Part shown: one piece after another, positions 18,957 to 29,776 of the stretch
Layout of the letters: each line of letters opens with the position of its first letter
Numbering within the stretch: the first letter of the stretch is position 1
Source: a bacterium
GTDB lineage: Bacteria; Actinomycetota; Acidimicrobiia; Spongiisociales; JAHEDJ01
Length of the DNA stretch: 64,000 nucleotides
Direction of reading: 5' to 3'
NCBI GenBank assembly: GCA_024641325.1
Contig: JAHEDJ010000001.1
Location: 23,594-87,593 of the forward strand
Notes under the pieces: model-generated
Databases searched by the model: none
Told to the model about the DNA's origin: nothing
What the model saw: only the letters and a program-made list of their open reading frames with translations
Made by a program: the position numbers and the translations under genes

Positions 18957-19501
18957 TGGAACCGTATCGTTACATCACGGGGACCGTGCTCCCCGTGCCG
19001 GATCGCGAGGCGCTCGTGCGAGTCCCGACCATGCATCTTCCGTGGTGCTTCGGCTGCGGCCCTGAGAACGGCGAAGGGCTCGGCTTGCGGCCCCACTTCG
19101 TCGATGATCGAGTAGAGGCCGAAATCCAGTTTGCTCCCCGATTTCAGGGAGGCCCGGGCCTGGTTCACGGCGGCGCAATCTCCGCCTTCTTTGACGATTT
19201 GATGGGTTTTGTCATGATGGCGCACCAGCGTCCGGCAGTTACGGCCAGGCTGGAGACGAATTACCTCAGGCCGATTCCTCTTGGCATCACATTGCACGGG
19301 CAGGCCTGGTTGTCAGATCAGGACGGCCGCAAGATGTGGGCAGAGGCGGTCGGTGAGGATGACCACGGCAAACGGTATATCGAAGCGAAGGCGCTTTTCC
19401 TGCCGGTGATGGCAGAGCACTTCGCAGATACGATGAAGTACATGGACCCGGGGCAAGCTGCCAAGCTCTCCAGGTACGAGAGAGACGAGTATTACCCATG
19501 A
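18956..19501 (+). CDS. PaaI family thioesterase
   Basis: CFGCG..N..GL.L, QGGPGLVHGGAISAFFDD, VTARLE.NY.RP; TGATG overlap with the upstream gene. Confidence 0.85.
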   Translation: MEPYRYITGTVLPVPDREALVRVPTMHLPWCFGCGPENGEGLGLRPHFVDDRVEAEIQFAPRFQGGPGLVHGGAISAFFDDLMGFVMMAHQRPAVTARLETNYLRPIPLGITLHGQAWLSDQDGRKMWAEAVGEDDHGKRYIEAKALFLPVMAEHFADTMKYMDPGQAAKLSRYERDEYYP

Positions 19502-20259
19502 AAATCGTACGTGTACGAAACGATGAGGGCATCGTCTACGGCGCCGTCGAGCCCGAAGGCATCCGGCTGTACAAGGGTTCTCCGCTATTCGAGTGGGAGT
19601 CGACGGAGGTCGTAGCACCGTTCGATTCTGTCCAACTCCTCGCCCCGGTTTTTCCGACGAAGGTTGTTGCCGTTGGCAGGAACTACGCCGACCACGCCGC
19701 GGAAATGGGATCCGGGATCCCCGATGCACCGATTCTCTTTCTGAAACCCGCGACATCGGTCATCGGCCCCGGAGCGCCGATCGTCCTTCCACCAGACTCG
19801 AAGAATGTCCATCACGAGGCCGAAGTGGCTGTGGTCATCGGCAGCGTGGCCCGGAACGTACGCGCCGAGGATGCTGCCTCCGTCATACTCGGATATACGG
19901 CGGCCAACGACGTGACGGCGCGCGATATTCAGCGGGCGGATGGGCAATGGACCCGGGGAAAGGGTTACGACACGTTCTGCCCGCTCGGGCCGGCCATCGA
20001 GACCGAGTTCGATCCGCTAGAGGGTGCCGAAGTCATCTGTCGCGTAAACGGCGAGATCAAACAATCGGGGCCGACGACAGACATGGTCTTCGGGGTAGCA
20101 GAGTTGATCGAGTACGTATCGAGGGTCATGACGCTACTGCCCGGTGATGTGATCCTCACCGGGACGCCGTCGGGAGTCGGGCCGATCGTCGATGGTGATG
20201 TAGTCGAGGTCGAAGTCGAATCCATCGGGGTGCTCACCAATCCGGTGGTGAAAGCATGA
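19498..20259 (+). CDS. Fumarylacetoacetate hydrolase family protein
   Basis: GRNY.DHA.E, FLKP, HEAE, NDVTARD.Q, QWTRGKG.DTFCPLGP, PGDVILTGTP; directly upstream of gltX as in many actinobacteria. Confidence 0.92.
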   Translation: MKIVRVRNDEGIVYGAVEPEGIRLYKGSPLFEWESTEVVAPFDSVQLLAPVFPTKVVAVGRNYADHAAEMGSGIPDAPILFLKPATSVIGPGAPIVLPPDSKNVHHEAEVAVVIGSVARNVRAEDAASVILGYTAANDVTARDIQRADGQWTRGKGYDTFCPLGPAIETEFDPLEGAEVICRVNGEIKQSGPTTDMVFGVAELIEYVSRVMTLLPGDVILTGTPSGVGPIVDGDVVEVEVESIGVLTNPVVKA

Positions 20260-21692
20260 CCGTTCGAGTTCGGATTGCCCCTTCACCGACCGGCCTTTTG
20301 CATGTCGGCAATGTTCGCTCAGCCTTGTTCAACTGGCTGTTCGCCCGCCATCACAACGGGACCTTCGTGCTGCGTATAGACGACACGGATGTCGAACGTA
20401 GCGAGCAACAGTATGAAGACGACATCAAATCTGGAATGACCTGGTTGGGCCTCGATTGGGATGAAGGTGTCGATGTTGGCGGGCCACACGGGTCGTATCG
20501 GCAGTCGGATAGGTTCGATCGGTACCGGGACGTAGTTGATGAGTTGATCGGTGCCGGCCACGCCTACTACGACGACCGTTCGCCCGAACTCCTCGATGAA
20601 CTCCGCAACAAGGCGCAGAAAGAGGGCAAACACCCCAACGTCTACATCCGGCGCCCCGATACCGAAGCGACCTCCGGTGTTGTTCGCTTCTCGGTTCCAC
20701 AAGACGCACCAATCGAGTTCTTCGACCTGGTGCGCGACGAAATGCGTTTCGAGGCGGGGGTCGTCGATGACTTCGTGATCCTTCGATCGAACGGCACTCC
20801 GACGTACCACCTGGCTTCCACCGTTGATGATGTTGACTACGAGATCAGCCATGTGATCAGAGGAGAAGACCTCCTCTCCTCGACTCCGAAACACATTCTC
20901 CTGACTCGAGCCATGGGTGCCGATCCGGCCACCTATGCACATCTGCCGTTGCTCTTCGGCCCGGACGGGAAGAAGCTGTCGAAACGTCATGGTGACACGT
21001 CTCTCAAGGCCTATCGTGCCGGCGGCTACCTGCCCGAGGCGATGTTCAATTATCTGAGCCTGCTCGGGTGGTCGTACGACTCTGAAACCACGATCTTCTC
21101 GGTAGATCAAGCTGTCGAGCGGTTCGATCTCGAAGGGGTGTCGAAGAATCCTGCTGTTTTCGATGTCGACAAGCTGCAGTGGATGAACGGCGAGTACATC
21201 CGTGCCATTCCTCCCGATGATTTCGCGCAGCGAGCCAGGCCGCTTATCGAGGTTGAACTCGGACACCCGCCAACCGAGAGCGAGTGGTCCATCTTTGTCG
21301 AGATGTCGCCGCTGCTCCAGGAACGGGTGAAGCTCATCACCGAGGTGGGGGAGATGAGCCGGTTCTTGTTCGTCGACGATGTTGACTTCGATGAACAGTC
21401 GTGGTCAAAGGTGATGATAGGCGAGACGCCGGTTCTCGCTCTCTCGGTAGCGATCCGGCATTTGACGGAACTCGGAGATTGGACGGTCGCGGCGATTGAA
21501 GCGGCCTTGCGCGCGGTTCTGGAGGAGACCGACCTCAATCCCCGCAAAGGCTGGCAGCCTCTTCGGGTGGCCGTTACCGGTTCGCAAGTGTCACCCCCGC
21601 TGTTTGAATCTATGGCGGCGCTGGGCAGGCCGGGCACGCTGCACCGCCTGTCGGTCGCGTTGAATCGCCTTGCGGATGAACCAGAGGGTTAA
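20256..21692 (+). CDS. gltX: Glutamate--tRNA ligase
   Basis: APSPTG.LHVGN (HIGH), RGED, KKLSKR (KMSKS), SPPLFES. Confidence 0.96.
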   Translation: MTVRVRIAPSPTGLLHVGNVRSALFNWLFARHHNGTFVLRIDDTDVERSEQQYEDDIKSGMTWLGLDWDEGVDVGGPHGSYRQSDRFDRYRDVVDELIGAGHAYYDDRSPELLDELRNKAQKEGKHPNVYIRRPDTEATSGVVRFSVPQDAPIEFFDLVRDEMRFEAGVVDDFVILRSNGTPTYHLASTVDDVDYEISHVIRGEDLLSSTPKHILLTRAMGADPATYAHLPLLFGPDGKKLSKRHGDTSLKAYRAGGYLPEAMFNYLSLLGWSYDSETTIFSVDQAVERFDLEGVSKNPAVFDVDKLQWMNGEYIRAIPPDDFAQRARPLIEVELGHPPTESEWSIFVEMSPLLQERVKLITEVGEMSRFLFVDDVDFDEQSWSKVMIGETPVLALSVAIRHLTELGDWTVAAIEAALRAVLEETDLNPRKGWQPLRVAVTGSQVSPPLFESMAALGRPGTLHRLSVALNRLADEPEG

Positions 21693-21720
21693 GTGAGTCG
21701 TTCGAAACACAGGTATTGAG

Positions 21721-23586
21721 GTGAACGCGAACCGATTGCGAATTGGAGAGAGGCTTAGATGCTGCTCAGAGCGAGCCCGGCGCTGGCGTGTGCTTGTGGT
21801 GGGCCTCACCTGGATCGCGTATGCGTTCGTGTACGTTGTCCTCAGGGACCAACTCAGCGGCGAGGGGGGTGCGCTGGCGGTTGTTCCCGTCGGGGTCACC
21901 GCGCTCCTGTTCGGTTGGCCGGGAGGACTGGCGGCCGGACTCGGCTTCATTCCGATCAACGGATTGCTACATGTCCTGGCGGGAGAGTCCTTCGAAGAGG
22001 CACTCAGCGGAGAGTCCCTGGTCGGTGCTTTCGCCGTGCTCGTTGTCGGGGTAGTGGTTGGAGTAGTCCAACACTCGCGCCACGAGATCCGGCAGACCCG
22101 CGACGAACTAGCGACTGCCCGAACCAGGTTCGAGAGTGTCTACAACGGCGTCCCGGTCGGACTCTATCGAACCTCAACAGAAGGCCTGATTCTGGATTGC
22201 AATAGTGCGCTCGCCACCATGCTCGGATTCGCTGACACTGCCGACATCATCGGGTACAAAGCAGTCGAGTTCTACGCTGACCCGGAGGAACGAGGGCGGC
22301 TCATCGACTCGCTCGAAACCGTCCGTGTGGCAGAGGGCGTCGAAGTGCAACTTCGTCGCTTGGACGGTGAACCCATCTGGGCGAGGGATCACGCTCATGC
22401 TGTTGAGGGCGAAGACGGGAGCACGCTCTACTACGAAGGGGTGCTGGAAGACATAACGGCCGAGCGCCGGACTCAGCAGGCCTACCGGCTGAGCGAGCAG
22501 CGCTTTCGCGACGCATTCTCGAAGGCCCCGATCGGCATGGCGATCATCCAGACCGACGGAACGCTGCTCGAAGTCAATCAGGCGCTTGCGGATCTTCTCG
22601 GATTTGAGATCGACGAAGTGACAGGGCTCAACTGGGCCGCGATCACTCACCCCGACGATGTTGCCGACAACAGAGAAAGTATGCGAGCGATCGTGCAGGG
22701 TCTCAGGGACGTGCAGAGGGTGGAGAAACGCTACATCCACAAAGATGGCCACACCGTCTGGGCCTTGATGAATGCAACCGCCGTCCGTGACTCTGCGGGC
22801 GACGCGGCGTATCTGATCGGACAAATAGTTGATCTATCGGATCGGATTCGCGCCGAGAAGGCGTTACAGGAGTTGGTTCGGTCTAAGGACGAGTTCATTG
22901 CATCGGTGAGCCACGAGTTGCGCACGCCTCTCACAGTCGTTCACGGGCTGGCGACCGAGCTCAAGGATTTCTGGTCGGGTTTCTCGCCGGAAGAAGTCGA
23001 TGATCTCGTTGGGCTGGTAGTAGACCAATCGAGTGAGATTGCCTATCTCGTCGAAGATCTTCTCGTTTCCGCCAGGAGCGACGCTGGTTCTCTCTCGGTT
23101 CTGCCTGAAGCAATCGACGTCCGTGGAGAGATTGACCGGGTGCTCGAGTCGATTGGGTCCGGTTTCGAGGAGCGTCTCAGCTGGGACGGCGAGGAGTTGT
23201 CCGTGATGGCCGACCCCACGCGTTTTCGACAGATCATTCGCAATCTGGTGACGAATGCGGAGAGGTACGGTGGGGAGAGCCTTCGGTTCCACACGGTGGC
23301 CACGCATAGGGTCGGCGTCATCGGGGTAGCCGACGACGGCGCCGGTATCCCGGATGATCAAGTGGATCGTATCTTCGAACCGTATGGACGTGCCCACGAT
23401 GGGCGCGGGTTGCCGGCGTCCGTAGGTCTCGGGCTCACAGTGAGCCGCAAACTTGCCCGCCTCATGGGCGGTGATCTGACCTACCGTTACGAAGACGATC
23501 GCAGCGTGTTCGAGCTGACTCTTCCCCTTCCCGGGGCGGAGCCGTCGACCCAGATTTCAAGCGGCGCTTCTTCGCCTAAGATCTAG
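21721..23586 (+). CDS. Membrane sensor histidine kinase with two PAS/PAC domains
   Basis: N-terminal TM helices, PAS motifs (THPDD, EKRYIHKDG), SHELRTPL, NLVTNA, DDGAGI, GLGL; start uncertain. Confidence 0.9.
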   Translation: MNANRLRIGERLRCCSERARRWRVLVVGLTWIAYAFVYVVLRDQLSGEGGALAVVPVGVTALLFGWPGGLAAGLGFIPINGLLHVLAGESFEEALSGESLVGAFAVLVVGVVVGVVQHSRHEIRQTRDELATARTRFESVYNGVPVGLYRTSTEGLILDCNSALATMLGFADTADIIGYKAVEFYADPEERGRLIDSLETVRVAEGVEVQLRRLDGEPIWARDHAHAVEGEDGSTLYYEGVLEDITAERRTQQAYRLSEQRFRDAFSKAPIGMAIIQTDGTLLEVNQALADLLGFEIDEVTGLNWAAITHPDDVADNRESMRAIVQGLRDVQRVEKRYIHKDGHTVWALMNATAVRDSAGDAAYLIGQIVDLSDRIRAEKALQELVRSKDEFIASVSHELRTPLTVVHGLATELKDFWSGFSPEEVDDLVGLVVDQSSEIAYLVEDLLVSARSDAGSLSVLPEAIDVRGEIDRVLESIGSGFEERLSWDGEELSVMADPTRFRQIIRNLVTNAERYGGESLRFHTVATHRVGVIGVADDGAGIPDDQVDRIFEPYGRAHDGRGLPASVGLGLTVSRKLARLMGGDLTYRYEDDRSVFELTLPLPGAEPSTQISSGASSPKI

Positions 23587-23596
23587 CCGCACACCC

Positions 23597-23669
23597 GGCC
23601 CCGTCGTCCAGCGGCCTAGGACGCTGGCCTTTCAAGCCGGTAACGCGGGTTCGAATCCCGTCGGGGCTG
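23597..23669 (+). tRNA. tRNA-Glu (TTC)
   Basis: Acceptor GGCCCCG/CGGGGCT, anticodon arm CTGGC-CT-TTC-AA-GCCGG, T-loop GGTTCGAATCC; no encoded CCA. Confidence 0.96.
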
Positions 23670-23672
23670 CAA

Positions 23673-23704
23673 GATGAGGCCCCCACCAAGGTGGGGGCCT
23701 CATC
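23673..23704. terminator. Hairpin terminator between tRNA-Glu and convergent maeB
   Basis: Perfect 15-bp inverted repeat GATGAGGCCCCCACC-AA-GGTGGGGGCCTCATC followed by CTTT. Confidence 0.85.
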
Positions 23705-23749
23705 CTTTCACTCAGGTTGTCGATCTGACGAGCCGCGGCCGGTTTTCTA

Positions 23750-26056
23750 TCAGAAGCTCCGTTCGATTTCCGCGGCCAACGCAGAGTTGCGGCTCTTGCG
23801 CTGAGCATCGAGCACCGCGATGGCGGTGAGGTTCACGATGTCGCCCACTTCGGCGTCACGTTGCACTACGTGCACCGATTTCGAGACGCCGGTGAGGATC
23901 GGCCCGATGACCTGGGCGTCGGCCAGGTGATGAAGGAGCTGGTAGGCAGCGTTGGCGGCGGCCAGGTCCGGGAAGATGAGCACGTTGGCCGGGCCTCCGA
24001 GCTTGTTGAACGGGTGCCTGCGCTCCAGGAGGTCTGCCCTGACCGCGGTATCCGCGTGCATCTCGCCGTCCAGCGGCAGGTCCGGTGCTTTCTCGTTGCA
24101 GATGCGCACTGCTTCCCGCACTCGCTCTGGTTCCTCTCCGCCCGCGCTACCGAAGTTCGAATAGCTGACCATTGCGACCCGGGGGGACACATCGAAATCG
24201 TGAAGGGCGGTCGCGGCCGCCGACAGGGCGATCTCGGCGAGTTGCTCGGCCGTCGGGTGGATGTTCACGGCGCAGTCGGCAAAGAAGTACGGCCTGCCTT
24301 TGATCATGACGATGTACAACGCGCTAACGATGCTGCGGCCGTGCTCCAGCGGTAGAACCTGAAGCGCCGGGCGGAGCGTATCCGCGTAGTAGGTAGTCAG
24401 ACCGCCGAGCATTGCGTCGGAGTCATTCATCTTGAGCATCATCGCCGCGAACAGATTCGGCTCGAAGATCGCTTTGGTAGCGTCGTCGAGGGCCATGCCC
24501 TTCCGCTGCCGTGTTTCGAATAGCTGCTGAGCGTAACGCGCACGGTGCTCATCAGCGCTGCGCGGGTCGAGCAAGTCGATGCCTTCGAGCGGGATCTCCA
24601 ACTCGAACGCCGTTTTCTCGATGGCGACCAGGTTCCCCAGGATTGTGGGTGCGGCGATGCCCTCGTCGGCGACCCGACGGGCAGCGCGAATGATACGAGG
24701 ATCGGCCCCTTGGGGGTAGACGACTCGCATCGCCCGTTCCTTGGCCTTGACCGTGATCGTGTGCATGAGGCCGTAGGTGGATTGGAACTTCGCGCGCAAT
24801 TCCTCGGCGTATTTCTCCATGTCATCGCACGGCGCCTTGGCGAGTCCTTCCTCGCACGCAGTTGCCGCCACGGCCGGTGCCACGTACCAGAGCACCCGCG
24901 GGTCGAACGGTTTAGGAATGATGTAGTCCGGGCCGAACGTGAGATGATCGAGGCTGTACGCCTTGAGGACAACCTCGCTGACCGGTTCCCTGGCTAGGTC
25001 GGCGAGGGCATGCGCGGCGGCGACCTTCATTTTCTCCGAAACCCCTGAGGCGCGGACGTCGAGCGCCCCGCGGAAGATGAACGGGAATCCGAGCACGTTG
25101 TTGACCTGATTCGGGAAGTCGCTTCGTCCGGTAGCAACAATGGCGTCCGGCCTTGCTTCCCTGGCCGCGTCGTAGGTTATTTCCGGGTCCGGGTTGGCCA
25201 GAGCAAAGATGATCGGTTGGTCGGCCATCGATCGGACCATGTCTTGCGTCACGGCATCGGCAACCGAAACGCCGACGAAGGTATCTGCTCCTGCGAGAGC
25301 GTCCGCCAAGGTCCGCTTGTCGGTGGTCTGCGCGAACTCGGCCTTCTCTTTCGTCATCTTCTCGTCGCGGCCCTCGTATATGACGCCCCGCGAGTCGCAC
25401 AGAAGGATGTTTTCGTGCTTAACACCGAGTTCCTGGAAGAATCGAGCACAGGCAATTCCGGCCGCGCCGGCTCCGTTGAACACGACTGTGGTGTCTTCGA
25501 TCGAGCGTCCGGTGATATCCAGCGCATTGAGGAACCCGGCTCCGGCGATGATCGCAGTGCCGTGCTGATCATCATGAAACACCGGGATATCGAGGCGCTC
25601 ACGTAGCGTTTCTTCGATGTAGAAGCACTCAGGTGCTTTGATGTCTTCGAGGTTGATGCCTCCGACCGTCGGTTCGAGCATCTCGCAGAATCGCACGATG
25701 TCGTCTGGATCGTCGGCGGCGATTTCCAGGTCGAACACGTCGATGTCCGCGAATCGCTTGAATAGAACGCCCTTGCCTTCCATCACCGGCTTGCCTGCCA
25801 ACGGGCCGATGTTCCCGAGACCCAACACGGCGGTTCCGTTGCTGACGACGGCCACCAGGTTGCCTTTGTTCGTGTACTCGAACGCCTTGGCCGGATCCTC
25901 ATGGATTGCCAGGCAGGGCTCTGCCACGCCTGGTGTATAGGCGAGGCTCAGGTCGGCTTGAGTAGCCGTAGGTTTCGTCGGCCGGACTTCGATCTTGCCC
26001 GGCCTGCCCCGTGAGTGGTAGTCGAGGGCTTCGCTGAATCCTTTACCGTCGCTCAT
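23750..26056 (-). CDS. maeB: NADP-dependent malic enzyme with C-terminal phosphotransacetylase-like domain
   Basis: [59 protein letters not shown]; PTA-like SYSNFGS, DGEMHAD, ANVLIFP. Confidence 0.95.
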   Translation of the reverse strand: MSDGKGFSEALDYHSRGRPGKIEVRPTKPTATQADLSLAYTPGVAEPCLAIHEDPAKAFEYTNKGNLVAVVSNGTAVLGLGNIGPLAGKPVMEGKGVLFKRFADIDVFDLEIAADDPDDIVRFCEMLEPTVGGINLEDIKAPECFYIEETLRERLDIPVFHDDQHGTAIIAGAGFLNALDITGRSIEDTTVVFNGAGAAGIACARFFQELGVKHENILLCDSRGVIYEGRDEKMTKEKAEFAQTTDKRTLADALAGADTFVGVSVADAVTQDMVRSMADQPIIFALANPDPEITYDAAREARPDAIVATGRSDFPNQVNNVLGFPFIFRGALDVRASGVSEKMKVAAAHALADLAREPVSEVVLKAYSLDHLTFGPDYIIPKPFDPRVLWYVAPAVAATACEEGLAKAPCDDMEKYAEELRAKFQSTYGLMHTITVKAKERAMRVVYPQGADPRIIRAARRVADEGIAAPTILGNLVAIEKTAFELEIPLEGIDLLDPRSADEHRARYAQQLFETRQRKGMALDDATKAIFEPNLFAAMMLKMNDSDAMLGGLTTYYADTLRPALQVLPLEHGRSIVSALYIVMIKGRPYFFADCAVNIHPTAEQLAEIALSAAATALHDFDVSPRVAMVSYSNFGSAGGEEPERVREAVRICNEKAPDLPLDGEMHADTAVRADLLERRHPFNKLGGPANVLIFPDLAAANAAYQLLHHLADAQVIGPILTGVSKSVHVVQRDAEVGDIVNLTAIAVLDAQRKSRNSALAAEIERSF

Positions 26057-26114
26057 TCTGCACTTCCTTGTTTCAGTAGCCTTTCGATCCCCCGCCTGCG
26101 AATCGCGTTACCCG

Positions 26115-27308
26115 TCATTCGACTATTCCCATCTCCCTACCGGCCGCGGCGAACGCTTCGAGCCCGTGGTCCAGGTCACCGCGCTCATGTGCCGCGGAAA
26201 TCATCACCCGGATCCGGGCCTTGCCCATCGGTACGGTCGGATAGGCAATTGCCTGTGCGAACACTTGGTGGATGTCAAAGAGGCGCTGGGACAACTCTCG
26301 AGCAACCTTCTCATCACCCAGCATCACCGGTGTGATCGGCGTCTGGGTGAACCCCGTATCGAATCCCAGGCTCTGCATTCCCTCACGAAAGCGCCGGGCA
26401 TTCATCCAGAGACGATCGACGAGTTCCGTCGATTCGGAGAGAATGTCCACCGAGGCGATACAGGCGGCAACGTCGGGCGGAGTCGCCGCAGATGAGAAGA
26501 GAAACGGGCGGGCGCGCTGGCGGAGCCAGTCGACGACCGGCTGTGGTCCGGCGACATAGCCGCCGACAACGCCGAACGCCTTCGACATTGTTCCAACCTC
26601 GACTTCGACTCGCCCACTGAGTCCAAAGTGATCGACAATACCTCTACCTCCGCGGCCGAGAACGCCTTCGCCGTGGGCGTCGTCGACCATCACCATCGCC
26701 GCATAGCGATCGGCGGTATCCACGATTGCATCGAGAGGGGCTACGTCGCCGTCCATCGAGAATACGCCGTCGGTGATGACGAGGATTCTCCTCGCTCCCT
26801 CCGCCCTGGCCGTCGCGAGTTGGGCGTCGAGATCGCTCATATCCGCGTGTTTGTATATTTTCCTGGCCGCCCTGGCTAGTCGCACCCCATCGATTATCGA
26901 AGCATGGTTCAACTCGTCGGTCACGATTACATCGCCGGCGTCTACGAGCGCCGGTATGGCGCCCGCATTGGCCACGAACCCGGCCTGGAAGGAGATGGCG
27001 GCTTCAACGCCTTTGAAGGCGGCGAGCCGTCGTTCGAGTTCGTCGTGGATGGTCATGGTGCCCGCGATGGTGCGAACAGCGCCCGGACCGATTCCGTACC
27101 GGTCGAGAGCCGCCTTGGCGGCCGCGATCAGTCTTTCATCGTCGGCCAGGCCGAGGTAGTTGTTTGAGCAGAAGTTGAGGACCCTGCGGCCGTCGACGTT
27201 GATCCAAGCTCCCTGCGGCCCGTCGATGTGACGGATCTGATTCCTGAGCCCCGCCTTTTCCAGGCCCGTCAGTTGCTCACGCAGGTATTCGACCTTGTCC
27301 ACCGTCAC
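26115..27308 (-). CDS. kbl: Glycine C-acetyltransferase (2-amino-3-ketobutyrate CoA ligase)
   Basis: NFCSNNYLGLA, DELNHASIIDG, TDGVFSMDGD, DDAHG, GTMSKAFG; GTG start overlaps the tdh stop. Confidence 0.9.
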   Translation of the reverse strand: MTVDKVEYLREQLTGLEKAGLRNQIRHIDGPQGAWINVDGRRVLNFCSNNYLGLADDERLIAAAKAALDRYGIGPGAVRTIAGTMTIHDELERRLAAFKGVEAAISFQAGFVANAGAIPALVDAGDVIVTDELNHASIIDGVRLARAARKIYKHADMSDLDAQLATARAEGARRILVITDGVFSMDGDVAPLDAIVDTADRYAAMVMVDDAHGEGVLGRGGRGIVDHFGLSGRVEVEVGTMSKAFGVVGGYVAGPQPVVDWLRQRARPFLFSSAATPPDVAACIASVDILSESTELVDRLWMNARRFREGMQSLGFDTGFTQTPITPVMLGDEKVARELSQRLFDIHQVFAQAIAYPTVPMGKARIRVMISAAHERGDLDHGLEAFAAAGREMGIVE

Positions 27309-28363
27309 TCCAGGGGTCCGTCGGCGTCTTGGGGGTCCGGGAACATGATGACCTTGCCGCACTCGCCGGACGCCATAGTCTCGAATGCTCGATCGAAGTC
27401 ATCGAGGGCATACCGGTGAGTGACAATGGGTGATAGATCGACCGCGCCCGATCGCAGCAATCCCCTCATTTGATACCAATCGATCCAGAGTCGGCGTCCC
27501 ACTATGCCGTAGACGCTGGCGCCTTTGAAGATGACGTGGTCGTCCAGGTTGAACTCGAGTGGGGCAGAGGTCAGGCCGAGCAGCGCAGCCTCACCGCCCG
27601 ATTTGAGAGAAGTGAATCCCTCGTTGATTGCCGAAGGCGCTCCGGACATTTCGAGCAGGACATCGATGCCTTCACCCTCGCTGACGTCCATGATCGTGTC
27701 TACCACATCGCCCGTGGCCGGGTTGACCGTGATGTCGGCACCCATCTGTTTCGCCATTGCAAGCCGGTAGTCGCTCACGTCGCTGGCGATGATGAGCCGG
27801 GCTCCGAGTGCACGTGCAACGGCAACCGCCATGACACCCACTGGTCCACAACCGGTGACGAGCACTTTCCTGCCCGATACCAGTGGAACCGAGGCGGTGT
27901 GCACCGCGTTGCCGAAGTTCTCCTGAAGGGAGGCGATCGAGTAGGGCATGTCGGGCGGATCCGGCCAGGCGTTCGCTGCGGGGACCGCAACGAACTCCGC
28001 ATAGACGCCGTCCCTGCCGACGCCGAGGATCTTCGTGTTCTCACAGAGATGGCCCTTACCTGTGCGGCAGAACGCGCACCGATTGCACACGACGTGCGAC
28101 TCAACTGAAACAAGTTGCCCGATCTCCGGGCCATCTGCTTTTGGGCCTTTGTCGACGACGACTCCGCACATTTCGTGTCCGACGACGATGGGGGGAGTGA
28201 CGTGCGTTTGAGCCCAAGGGTCCCAGTTGCGAATGTGCAGGTCGGTGCCACAAATCGACGTGGCTTTCACCTGAAGAAGAACTTCATCCGGTCCGAGTTC
28301 CGGCATCGGCACATCAATCATTTCGAGACCGGGTTCGGATGAAGTTTTGACGACCGCTCGCAT
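27305..28363 (-). CDS. tdh: L-threonine 3-dehydrogenase
   Basis: SICGTDLHI..WD.WA, GHE, ESH..C..C..C, LEMSG, YGIVGR; operon with kbl. Confidence 0.93.
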   Translation of the reverse strand: MRAVVKTSSEPGLEMIDVPMPELGPDEVLLQVKATSICGTDLHIRNWDPWAQTHVTPPIVVGHEMCGVVVDKGPKADGPEIGQLVSVESHVVCNRCAFCRTGKGHLCENTKILGVGRDGVYAEFVAVPAANAWPDPPDMPYSIASLQENFGNAVHTASVPLVSGRKVLVTGCGPVGVMAVAVARALGARLIIASDVSDYRLAMAKQMGADITVNPATGDVVDTIMDVSEGEGIDVLLEMSGAPSAINEGFTSLKSGGEAALLGLTSAPLEFNLDDHVIFKGASVYGIVGRRLWIDWYQMRGLLRSGAVDLSPIVTHRYALDDFDRAFETMASGECGKVIMFPDPQDADGPLE

Positions 28364-28434
28364 CAATCTCAGGCTAACTGACCGGCAGAGGTCCGATGAC
28401 ATCGCAACCCCGAGGCTGTGGAAGAATGACGGGA

Positions 28435-29004
28435 ATGAGTGTTGAAACAGTATCCAAATTCTTCGCCCTGCTCACGCTGGCCGCCATGGCCGGTGTGAGC
28501 GGCGTGCTGGTGGTCATGTTGACGGCGCGGTGGTCGCCATCCATCGCCCGCTTCAGAGATTCTGCCATCGAGTTGGTGTCACCTGCTGCTCTGTGGCTCG
28601 GGTCGTTCATCGCAGCGGTTTCTATGGCGGGGAGCCTCTACTACTCAGAAGTGGCCGACTTCGCCCCGTGCGATCTGTGCTGGTACCAGCGAATCGCCAT
28701 GTATCCGCTGGCGATCATCCTGGCAATCGCCGCGTATCGCAAGGACGTTGGGATACGACGATACACATACCCTGTGGCGGTGATCGGTGCTGTGATCGCC
28801 ACATATCAGTACGTGCTGCAGCTCAGACCCAGCCTCGAGTCGGGTTTCTGCGGGGTTGATGCATCGTGCACTGAGCGTTACATCTGGCAGTTCGGGTTCA
28901 TATCGTTCCCGTTCATGTCTCTGGTCGGGTTCGCGATGATATTCACACTGCTCTACATCGCAGCCAGGGCGGAGCAGGAGCAAGCAGAAGGACCTAGGTC
29001 ATAG
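28435..29004 (+). CDS. dsbB: Disulfide bond formation protein B (DsbB/BdbC family)
   Basis: GSLYYSEV..F.PCDLCWYQRI.MYPL, second Cys pair C....SC, FGFISFP.MSL; multiple TM helices. Confidence 0.92.
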   Translation: MSVETVSKFFALLTLAAMAGVSGVLVVMLTARWSPSIARFRDSAIELVSPAALWLGSFIAAVSMAGSLYYSEVADFAPCDLCWYQRIAMYPLAIILAIAAYRKDVGIRRYTYPVAVIGAVIATYQYVLQLRPSLESGFCGVDASCTERYIWQFGFISFPFMSLVGFAMIFTLLYIAARAEQEQAEGPRS

Positions 29005-29028
29005 GTTCCGGGGCGTGGTCCCGGAACC
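29004..29028. terminator. Hairpin between convergent dsbB and selenoprotein A
   Basis: GGTTCCGGG...CCCGGAACC 9-bp stem; the adjacent AAAA gives a U-tract for the dsbB-opposite reading only weakly. Confidence 0.5.
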
Positions 29029-29051
29029 CAAAATTCAGAACCCAGGACGAT

Positions 29052-29720
29052 CTACCCCTCGCCGCGCATGAAGCCGATAGCGTTTTCGAGGTCTGCTCCG
29101 GTCAACGGTCCAACATGGCGGGTGACGACGGTGCCGGATCCATCCACGATTACGGAATACGGGAAGTAGACGAGACCGTAGCTCTTCATGGCGGTTCCGT
29201 TCTCATCGTCGACGAGCACCGGGATCGGCCATTCGGCCAGCCACTCGCTCGGCGGATAGCCTTTTTCGGTGGGCCTATTACTGCCTGAAACGCTGACGAT
29301 ATCGATATCGGTCGGCAGGTCGTTGGTGGACCAGTAGCTCAGCAAGTCCGAGACCTCGGACTGGCAGTGCGGTCACCAGTGGGTCAGGAACATGATGATC
29401 TTCGGTCGACCGTCGTTCTTGATTTCGACCGGCGATCCGTCAAAAGACTGACCGCTCAACTCCGGCATCGGCAAGCCGAGTGCAGGGTCTGCACCCTGCT
29501 CCGGCATGGGCACTAGGACACTGCCGATCACGGTCACGGGGCGCGTTTCACTGATGGATGCCGCAGCGGCGGCACCGTCTCCGGGTCCGCCGTCGGATGC
29601 AGTCCCCGGATCATCGGAGCCTGTCAGCAGCACGGCCGCGACCCCGGCGAGCAGCACGAAGGCGGCAGCAACTCCGAAGATGAGCAACGATCGAGTTTTG
29701 GAGGTGTTCTGGTCTGTCAT
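29052..29720 (-). CDS. Membrane-anchored TlpA/DsbE-like thioredoxin-fold selenoprotein A (UPHC, Sec116; 222 aa)
   Basis: ORFs 29373-29720 and 29052-29345 are in one frame, joined through TGA at 29373-29375: ...MFLTHW-U-PHCQSEVSDL... Has an N-terminal TM, YPPSEWL, cis-Pro-like YFP, and a SECIS-like hairpin after the TGA. Confidence 0.88.
29345..29362 (-). promoter_or_regulatory. Putative bacterial SECIS element of selenoprotein A
   Basis: AGTCCGA-GGTC-TCGGACT hairpin beginning 10 nt after the in-frame TGA. Confidence 0.82.
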
Positions 29721-29776
29721 GTTCCCCTAATGTGTGCGGACAGATTGTACGTGTGATTGCGGGAAACGAGGAACTG

